DNA from: an uncultured Maribacter sp.
GTDB lineage: Bacteria; Bacteroidota; Bacteroidia; Flavobacteriales; Flavobacteriaceae
Assembly: GCA_947493885.1 (NCBI GenBank)
Contig: CANLTE010000013.1
Coordinates: 1,772 to 65,771 of the forward strand
Length of the DNA stretch: 64,000 nucleotides
Direction: 5' to 3'
In this document: positions 29,099 through 36,396 of the stretch, one piece after another
Numbering within the stretch: the first letter of the stretch is position 1
Layout: each line of letters begins with the position of its first letter
The notes under the pieces: generated by a model
Databases searched by the model: none
What the model was told of the DNA's origin: nothing
What the model saw: only the letters and a program-made list of their open reading frames with translations
Made by a program: the position numbers and the translations under genes

Positions 29099-31087
29099 AT
29101 GAAAAATTTATATCTCCTTTTTTTAAAAAAGAAAAAAAACCTATTAATATTATTCATTCTAAATACAGCAATAACCATTAATAGCCAAGTTATAGAAACC
29201 CCTTATGATGCTGAAGGCTGGAGTATTCTAGACGTTACAAATGTTACTAAAATAATTTATGTTAGTTCATCTGGAAATGATGCTACTGGAGAAACCTATT
29301 CAAGTTCAGATGTTGAAATTGGAAATACCCCTATTCTACCAACAGGAAACATTAGACCGTTTCAAACAATAAGTGCTGCTTATAATCAGGTTGTTGATGG
29401 CGAAGCTGCATGGATACTTCTTAGGAGAGGAGATATTTTTTTTGAAAGCCTCCGTATTAGGAAAAACGGTAATTCCTTAAATATGCCAATGGTTTATGCC
29501 TCGTATGGAACAAGCAATCAACCACCTTTACTTAAAACAGGAGCTAACAATGGTATTATTGCATGTTGTAGAAGCAGAAGACATATCTGGATAATAGGCC
29601 TTTCATTTTACGCACATACAAGAAACCCTAACGATGCTGATTACATTGATGCTACTGATGCCGATGGTTTTAATTTCTACGCCTCAGCAAATGAAACCAT
29701 TGAAAATATTTTAATTGAAGGCTGTACGTTCAATTTTTATAGAAGCAATGTAATGCAAGCAAACCCAAATGGTAATATTGGAAATATTAGATTTAGAAGA
29801 AATGTTATTAGAAATAATTACAGCACGCAAAGTCATTCTCAAGGCTTCTACACCAGCAATATAAAAAATGGTATTCTCCTTGAGGATAATATTTTTGATC
29901 ACAATGGTTGGTTTACAAAATCTTATAACGGTACAAGTAATAATGGACAAGCTACAATTTACAACCACAACACTTATTTCTATCATACCGAACATGCAAT
30001 TCTTAAAGGAAATACCTTTCATAGACCATCTAGCATTGGTAATAAATGGGCTACCAACGAAGTATCAGGAGTTAATGATATAACAATTGAAAACAACTTC
30101 TATAATGACTGTGAGGTAGCTATTAGTATGGGTGGAAATGATGATGACGAACCTTATCGTTTTAGAAATATTTTAATAAAAGACAATGTTATTACCTCAT
30201 CAGGGTTATCTCAGCAAACAAATAGAACCTTAGGATGGAACATTGGAATTAATGATTGGGACAATGGAGAGGTTACCAAAAACCTTATAATTAATCAAAC
30301 AAACGCATCTGTAGATAATGGAAGAGGAATTTTTATTACTGGAGAAAATAGAGACCTTACTATTAATGAAAACATTCTTTATAATTTAACAAACACCTCT
30401 TTTTTACACTTTAGAGCTTTAACTAATAACACTAATGTATCTATAAGAAACAATGAAATAAGTGAGTCTCCTTTAGGAAATAATTTCATGGTTTATATGT
30501 CTAGTGATAATTACACGTCTTTAATGAGGAATAACATGTACAATGTACAAAATACTGCTGCCAACAATTTTTATATAACTGGTAATCAATATTCTTTATA
30601 TAATTGGATAGGAAATTCTATGGAAACAGGAGCTACAAATACACTTCCCAATACTTACCCTGATCCTAGTCGTTCATTTGATAGATATGTTAACGAGATT
30701 CTTGGGTTAACTAATAGAGACGAATACTATCAAAACCTGGCTAATATGAACTATTTGAATTGGGATGAAAGTTATACCGCAAATGCTATTAACGAATGGA
30801 TAAAAAATGGCTTCTTTGAAAACGGAACTTTATCCACTATTAATAACAATCAAACTCCCCTACCTATTTTCGTTTACCCTAACCCTGGAAATGGCATCAT
30901 AAAAATTGAATCTTCTGTTGAAGGTAATTATATTGTATATAACCAACTGGGGCAAACTATACAATCTGAAAAATTCAATCAATTAACTGAAATAGATTTA
31001 ACAAAACAAGCCACTGGTATTTACATAATCAATCTTTACGACCTATCAAATAATTCAATCAAAATATTTAAATATTTGAAAAGGTAA
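29099..31087 (+). CDS. T9SS-secreted right-handed parallel beta-helix protein
   Basis: Signal peptide; IYVSSSGND and WILLRRGDIF; repeated I-x-I-x-x-N beta-helix coils; C-terminal IFVYPNPGNG...GIYIINL...KYLKR (type A T9SS CTD). Confidence 0.88.
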   Translation: MKNLYLLFLKKKKNLLILFILNTAITINSQVIETPYDAEGWSILDVTNVTKIIYVSSSGNDATGETYSSSDVEIGNTPILPTGNIRPFQTISAAYNQVVDGEAAWILLRRGDIFFESLRIRKNGNSLNMPMVYASYGTSNQPPLLKTGANNGIIACCRSRRHIWIIGLSFYAHTRNPNDADYIDATDADGFNFYASANETIENILIEGCTFNFYRSNVMQANPNGNIGNIRFRRNVIRNNYSTQSHSQGFYTSNIKNGILLEDNIFDHNGWFTKSYNGTSNNGQATIYNHNTYFYHTEHAILKGNTFHRPSSIGNKWATNEVSGVNDITIENNFYNDCEVAISMGGNDDDEPYRFRNILIKDNVITSSGLSQQTNRTLGWNIGINDWDNGEVTKNLIINQTNASVDNGRGIFITGENRDLTINENILYNLTNTSFLHFRALTNNTNVSIRNNEISESPLGNNFMVYMSSDNYTSLMRNNMYNVQNTAANNFYITGNQYSLYNWIGNSMETGATNTLPNTYPDPSRSFDRYVNEILGLTNRDEYYQNLANMNYLNWDESYTANAINEWIKNGFFENGTLSTINNNQTPLPIFVYPNPGNGIIKIESSVEGNYIVYNQLGQTIQSEKFNQLTEIDLTKQATGIYIINLYDLSNNSIKIFKYLKR

Positions 31088-31276
31088 AAACTATGTAAAA
31101 TAATTATAACCTATAGAAAAGTAAACCTAATATTGAGGTAATTTAAACTTACTTCAGTTCTGTTTTTAACATATTAACAATCAGAAATTTGAAACATCAG
31201 GTTTTAATCGAACTCAACTAACTTAGAAATTGCCTTAGCAAAATAAACCTATTATATACCTTTATTGGTAATACAC

Positions 31277-31314
31277 AACAAAAAATCCAACGTAAAAACG
31301 TTGGATTTTTTGTT
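31277..31314. terminator. Bidirectional terminator (T9SS gene / acnA)
   Basis: AACAAAAAATCCAACGT-AAAA-ACGTTGGATTTTTTGTT. Confidence 0.88.
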
Positions 31315-31317
31315 TAT

Positions 31318-31342
31318 AGATTCCTGCCTTCTCGGGAATAAC
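31318..31342. repeat. Single REP/dRS3-like palindromic unit
   Basis: AGATTCCTGCCTTCTCGGGAATAAC, i.e. ATTCCT-N8-GGGAAT. The reverse strand GTTATTCCCGAGAAGGCAGGAATCT resembles the GTCATTCCCGCGAAGGCGGGAATC-type intergenic repeats. Confidence 0.55.
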
Positions 31343-31345
31343 AGA

Positions 31346-33613
31346 TTAAACATTTTCCTTTTTAATCAAATTTAAAGCAGAACCTTCTTTAAACCATTCA
31401 ATTTGAGAATCATTATAAGTATGATTTAATTTAATGGTGTCTTTGCTACCATCGGTATGCACTACTTCAACAGTTAATGGTTTACCAGGTGCAAACTCGT
31501 TTAAATCTAAGAAGTTGAACGTATCATCTTCTTGAATTAAATCGTAATCAGTTTCATTTACAAAGGTTAAACCTAACATACCTTGTTTTTTAAGGTTAGT
31601 CTCATGAATACGAGCAAAAGATTTTACCAATACCGCTGCAACACCTAAATGGCGAGGTTGCATTGCAGCATGTTCTCTTGAAGAGCCTTCACCATAGTTG
31701 TGATCCCCAACAACAATAGTTTTAACACCTGCTGCTTTGTAAACACGTTGCACATCTGGCACACCACCATACTCACCTGTTAATTGATTTTTAACAAAGT
31801 TTGTTTTTTGGTTGTACGCATTTACGGCTCCGATTAAGGTATTGTTTGCAATATTATCTAAATGTCCTCTAAAGCGTAACCAAGGTCCCGCCATAGAAAT
31901 GTGATCCGTGGTACATTTTCCAAAAGCTTTAATTAGCAATTTAGCTCCCGTAATGGAATCTCCGAGAGGTACAAAAGGCGTTAATAGTTGTAAACGTTCA
32001 GAATTGTCTTTTACAACAACATTTACACCACTGCCATCTTCTAGTGGTTCTAAATATCCATTATCTTTTACATCAAATCCTTTCGGAGGTAATTCCCACC
32101 CTGTGGGTTCGTCCAGCATCACTTCTTCTCCATTTTCATTAATTAAAGCATCTTTTAACGGATTAAAGTCTAAACGTCCAGCTATAGCTATCGCTGCGGT
32201 TAACTCAGGAGAAGCCACAAAAGCATGGGTATTAGGGTTACCATCAGCACGCTTTGCAAAATTTCTATTAAATGAGTGTACTATACTATTTTTTGGAGCG
32301 TTTTTGGGATCGCTATATCTAGCCCATTGCCCAATACATGGACCACATGCGTTGGTAAATATTTTAGCGTCTAGCTTTTCAAATACTTCGAGAATTCCAT
32401 CACGTTCTGCGGTATAACGCACTTGCTCAGATCCTGGGTTAATACCAAACTCTGCCTTTGTCTTTAATCCTTTATCTAAAGCTTGCTGCGCTATAGATGA
32501 AGCTCGTGACAAATCTTCGTAAGATGAATTGGTACATGAACCTATTAATCCCCACTCTACTTGCAACGGCCATTCATTATCTGTAGCTTTCTTTGTCATT
32601 GCAGCACCAACTTCCGTTGATAAATCTGGAGTAAACGGACCATTTAATAAAGGCCCTAATTCTGACAAATTAATTTCAATAACCTGATCAAAATACTGCT
32701 CTGGATTTGCATACACCTCAGCATCAGCCGTTAAATAGCTTTTAACTTCGTTAGCTGCATCAGCTATAACCGCTCTATCCGTCGCACGCAAATAACGGTC
32801 CATAGAGTCATCATAACCAAATGTAGATGTGGTAGCTCCTATTTCAGCTCCCATATTACAAATTGTTCCTTTTCCCGTACAAGACATTGCTGTTGCTCCA
32901 GGTCCAAAATACTCTACAATAGCACCTGTTCCTCCTTTTACGGTTAGAATTTCGGCTACTTTTAAAATCACATCTTTAGGCGCTGTCCAGCCAGATAACT
33001 TACCTGTTAGCTTCACACCAATTAGTTTGGGGAATTTTAGCTCCCAAGCCATCCCTGCCATTACATCAACAGCATCAGCTCCTCCAACACCAATAGCAAC
33101 CATTCCTAATCCTCCAGCATTTACAGTATGAGAATCAGTACCTATCATCATTCCTCCAGGAAAAGCATAATTTTCTAACACCACTTGGTGGATGATACCT
33201 GCACCAGGTTTCCAAAATCCAATTCCATATTTATTAGAAACTGATTCTAAAAAGTTAAAAACCTCGCTACTTGTACTATTTGCATGCTTTAGGTCTTTAG
33301 CGGCGCCTTCTTTTGCCTGAATTAAGTGGTCACAGTGTACCGTAGTTGGTACAGCTACTTTACTTTTTCCAGCCTGCATAAACTGCAACAACGCCATTTG
33401 GGCTGTTGCATCTTGACATGCAATTCTATCTGGAGCAAAATCTACATAATCTTTACCACGTATAAATGCCCTGGTTGCTTTTCCATCCCAAAGATGATTG
33501 TACAATATTTTTTCGGAAAGTGTTAGTGGTTTACCAACAACTTCGCGGGCAGCATCTACACGTTCTTTCATTCGTGCATAAACTCCCTTTATCACATCAA
33601 TATCAAATGCCAT
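31346..33613 (-). CDS. acnA: Aconitate hydratase (mitochondrial-like AcnA)
   Basis: [66 protein letters not shown]. Confidence 0.95.
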   Translation of the reverse strand: MAFDIDVIKGVYARMKERVDAAREVVGKPLTLSEKILYNHLWDGKATRAFIRGKDYVDFAPDRIACQDATAQMALLQFMQAGKSKVAVPTTVHCDHLIQAKEGAAKDLKHANSTSSEVFNFLESVSNKYGIGFWKPGAGIIHQVVLENYAFPGGMMIGTDSHTVNAGGLGMVAIGVGGADAVDVMAGMAWELKFPKLIGVKLTGKLSGWTAPKDVILKVAEILTVKGGTGAIVEYFGPGATAMSCTGKGTICNMGAEIGATTSTFGYDDSMDRYLRATDRAVIADAANEVKSYLTADAEVYANPEQYFDQVIEINLSELGPLLNGPFTPDLSTEVGAAMTKKATDNEWPLQVEWGLIGSCTNSSYEDLSRASSIAQQALDKGLKTKAEFGINPGSEQVRYTAERDGILEVFEKLDAKIFTNACGPCIGQWARYSDPKNAPKNSIVHSFNRNFAKRADGNPNTHAFVASPELTAAIAIAGRLDFNPLKDALINENGEEVMLDEPTGWELPPKGFDVKDNGYLEPLEDGSGVNVVVKDNSERLQLLTPFVPLGDSITGAKLLIKAFGKCTTDHISMAGPWLRFRGHLDNIANNTLIGAVNAYNQKTNFVKNQLTGEYGGVPDVQRVYKAAGVKTIVVGDHNYGEGSSREHAAMQPRHLGVAAVLVKSFARIHETNLKKQGMLGLTFVNETDYDLIQEDDTFNFLDLNEFAPGKPLTVEVVHTDGSKDTIKLNHTYNDSQIEWFKEGSALNLIKKENV

Positions 33614-33799
33614 TAAAGTATATTATTATTTTTTGCTTAAGTGCTCTCTAAGATACGAAATATGTATACGATTGAAAAACACAATTTAAGAGGTTTTACC
33701 AAGAGATAGGTTTTGTTTAAGCTCATGCCAATAACTTAGATTTATCAGAAAAATTACCGAACTTAGTTTAAAAATCGTTAGTAAATATTACCAAACTGG

Positions 33800-34858
33800 A
33801 TGCAAAAAGTAGAAAAAATTACACCAGAAATTAATAAAGTATACTTTATAGAGCGTCATACTCTATTTCATATTCTTTCTGGAAAAGGAAGCATTCAGGT
33901 TGATTTTAAAAATTATTTTGACTGGCAGGAAAAAGCAATTTTTTTAGAAAAAGGACAATACATTAAATTCTTGTCTGATGATTTTATTGTCAGGAGAATT
34001 GAATTCTCGAATGAAAGCAAGTTTTATAATAATGACGTAAGAGTATTGTTTAAACACCTAATTTCTTTAGGTTACATTGACTTATTAGAATGTGAAGAAT
34101 GTAGCGCTTTTCTTTCTGAATCGGCATTAACGGAAAATTCAGCTGATATTATTGATATATCTTCTAAACAATGGTTTTGGCAAAACCCTTTTAAGGCAAA
34201 TAAAGAAGAATACCAAGTTATTTTTGACACTAAGGATATTATTGACAAAGAATATTACAATAATTTAACTAGCAATGACTTAGTAAACCTTATTAATGAC
34301 AGAGGATATAATGCCCAGTCATTAATCAAAAATAAAGTTGGTTTAACAGTAAAAAATTTAATGACATCCAAAAGGCTTCAAGAAAGTCTTAAAGAAGTTG
34401 CCTTCACTAATAAAAATATTCAAGAGATTTCTTATGATTTAGGATATAAAGATGACGCTTATTTCAATAGAGTTTTTAAAAACTCAGTTGGCCAAACACC
34501 AAAACAATTTAGAAAAAATTTCGATTTTAAAAATAGAGATTTGTTCTCACAAGATATTTTAGAACTTCTACAAAAATATCATACACATGAGAGATCACTT
34601 GAGTTTTATGCTAATAAAATGAACCTTTCAATAAAAGTGTTATCTAATAAAGTTCAAGCTAAAATGAATACTACTTTAGGGCAACTCATACGTTTAGAAT
34701 TAATCAATTCTGCTAAATTAATGATTTTAGAAGGACAGTCCATTGCGTCAATTTCTAGACAACTAGGGTTTGAAGAACCAAATCATTTTTCGAGATTCTT
34801 TAAACATTATTCCAAAGTCACGCCCACGGAATTCAAATTGAAAAAGTACAATTCTTAG
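33800..34858 (+). CDS. AraC-family regulator with two tandem HTH_AraC domains
   Basis: Short cupin (HILSGKGSIQVDF), then IQEISYDLGYKDDAYFNRVFK...TPKQFR and IASISRQLGFEEPNHFSRFFK...TPTEFK. Confidence 0.9.
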   Translation: MQKVEKITPEINKVYFIERHTLFHILSGKGSIQVDFKNYFDWQEKAIFLEKGQYIKFLSDDFIVRRIEFSNESKFYNNDVRVLFKHLISLGYIDLLECEECSAFLSESALTENSADIIDISSKQWFWQNPFKANKEEYQVIFDTKDIIDKEYYNNLTSNDLVNLINDRGYNAQSLIKNKVGLTVKNLMTSKRLQESLKEVAFTNKNIQEISYDLGYKDDAYFNRVFKNSVGQTPKQFRKNFDFKNRDLFSQDILELLQKYHTHERSLEFYANKMNLSIKVLSNKVQAKMNTTLGQLIRLELINSAKLMILEGQSIASISRQLGFEEPNHFSRFFKHYSKVTPTEFKLKKYNS

Positions 34859-34929
34859 TCCTTTTTTTGTAGCATTTAAATTTCCTATCTCTCGCATCTT
34901 TGCATTGTATAATGATAAAAACAATCAAG

Positions 34930-35283
34930 ATGGATATTAAAGAACAAGTACTAAAAATGGATGCAGTAGTTTCTCAAGGTGCTATTGTCGATGCTGTAAA
35001 AGAATTCTTTGCCGACAATGCTAACACCTCAGATTACGGAAATGGAGGAACCACAGGCAAACCAGAAATGATTACAAAAATGGAAAGTTTTGCCAGTTCA
35101 ATTGCAAAAGTAAATGGTATAACACATCATCATTCTATTGTAGATAGAAATGTATCAGCTTCAGAATTTACATTCGATTTCGAAATGAAAGACGGCAGTA
35201 AGATTTACTGGCACGAAATCATTCGTAGAATTTGGAATGATGAAGGAAAAGTAATTCAAGAAGAATACTTCAACGCAGAATAG
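34930..35283 (+). CDS. SnoaL/NTF2-like fold protein
   Basis: ~117 aa with SEFTFDFEMKDG...WHEIIRRIWNDEGKVIQEEYF, a typical NTF2 C-terminal beta-hairpin. ATG 34912 is an alternative start. Confidence 0.75.
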   Translation: MDIKEQVLKMDAVVSQGAIVDAVKEFFADNANTSDYGNGGTTGKPEMITKMESFASSIAKVNGITHHHSIVDRNVSASEFTFDFEMKDGSKIYWHEIIRRIWNDEGKVIQEEYFNAE

Positions 35284-35375
35284 GGCTGAATGTTAAGAAA
35301 TTGTCCTGTGGATAATCTTAATGAAAAGCCCGCGACGAAGCTTTGGATAATAAATAACAATAAAAAAAAAGTAAA

Positions 35376-35849
35376 ATGAAAAATTTAATAAAAACAGCAG
35401 TTTTAGGATTAGTATTAATAATGAATTCAGCAGTATTTGCTCAAGATAAAATGGCAAATAACGTTGATAATAGTAGTATAGCATTAGAAGGTTACAGTCC
35501 TGTTTCATACCTAGATTTAGAATTAGCTCAACAAGGCAACAAAGCTTATAAATCGGAATACAATAAAGTAGTTTACTACTTCACATCTTCAGAACAAAAA
35601 GCAACATTTGATAATAATCCAGAGAAATATCTCCCTCAGTATGGTGGTTTTTGTGCATTTGGATGTTATGCAGGAGCAAAATTTAGAATTGACCCAAACA
35701 AATTTTTAGTAGAAGATGGAAAATACTATTTGTATTTAAACAATGTTGAACTCGATGCAAAACAACTTTGGTTGGCTGAAAACAATCATACTAAATTAAA
35801 AAGTGTTGCTGATAAAAATTGGAAAAAGCTTAGCAAGACTCACAATTAA
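35376..35849 (+). CDS. Exported YHS-domain protein
   Basis: Signal peptide; ALEGYSPVSY, YYFTSSEQKATFDNNPEKYLPQYGGFCAFG, IDPNKFLVEDGKYYL. Confidence 0.87.
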   Translation: MKNLIKTAVLGLVLIMNSAVFAQDKMANNVDNSSIALEGYSPVSYLDLELAQQGNKAYKSEYNKVVYYFTSSEQKATFDNNPEKYLPQYGGFCAFGCYAGAKFRIDPNKFLVEDGKYYLYLNNVELDAKQLWLAENNHTKLKSVADKNWKKLSKTHN

Positions 35850-35860
35850 ATACTGAAATT

Positions 35861-36214
35861 ATGAAATTTATAACCAAAAGAATACACGCATTTTTAGATT
35901 ATCCTGTAGCAATAGTACCAGCTGTACTTCCCTTTCTACTTGGGCTAGGAAATACAAACCCCTTAGCTTTACAACTTTCAGTTGCAACAGGAATAGCTGC
36001 TTTTATTTTAACATTACTAACAGACCATCATTTAGGAGTATTTAAAGTGATTTCATATAAAATGCATTTAATTGTAGATTTTTTTGTCGCAATAGTGTTT
36101 ATTATTGCACCGTTTATTTTTTCATTCGAGGGAATAGATGCCTATTACTATTGGATAAATGGAATTGCAGTTCTAGTTGTAGTGAGTTTACATAAATCAG
36201 AGGTAAGAATATAA
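35861..36214 (+). CDS. Small 4-TM membrane protein (SPW-repeat-like)
   Basis: HAFLDYPVA...HLIVDFFV duplicated H-x2-[LV]D pattern; four hydrophobic segments. Confidence 0.75.
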   Translation: MKFITKRIHAFLDYPVAIVPAVLPFLLGLGNTNPLALQLSVATGIAAFILTLLTDHHLGVFKVISYKMHLIVDFFVAIVFIIAPFIFSFEGIDAYYYWINGIAVLVVVSLHKSEVRI

Positions 36215-36241
36215 ATACCATTGATATTAACGTTTATCAAT

Positions 36242-36281
36242 AATAGCGATTTGAGTAAAAATTCAAATCGCTATTCTTTTT
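36242..36281 (+). terminator. Terminator of the AraC-SnoaL-YHS cassette
   Basis: AATAGCGATTTGA-loop-TCAAATCGCTATT followed by a T-tract. Confidence 0.85.
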
Positions 36282-36339
36282 ATTTTATAAATTACTTTCT
36301 GGAAAATAAACGTTAAGGATTCCAGTAACATTAAAAAGC

Positions 36340-36371
36340 AAAAAGTCCGAGCTTAAAAACTCGGACTTTTT
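36340..36371 (-). terminator. Terminator of acnB
   Basis: AAAAAGTCCGAG-loop-CTCGGACTTTTT. Confidence 0.85.
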
Positions 36372-36396
36372 AAAATATTATAATCGTAACCTAAAA

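Noticed and set aside
29118-29139. T7-A6-G-A8 homopolymers at the 5' end of the T9SS gene as a phase-variation switch
   Set aside because: Runs of 6-8 A/T are common throughout this AT-rich window, and the frame is intact.
35307-35315. Perfect DnaA box TGTGGATAA in the SnoaL-YHS spacer
   Set aside because: It is a single isolated copy with no cluster or DUE, so probably chance.
35376-35849. YHS protein as a selenoprotein
   Set aside because: There is no in-frame TGA; the relevant position is Cys (GGFCAFG).
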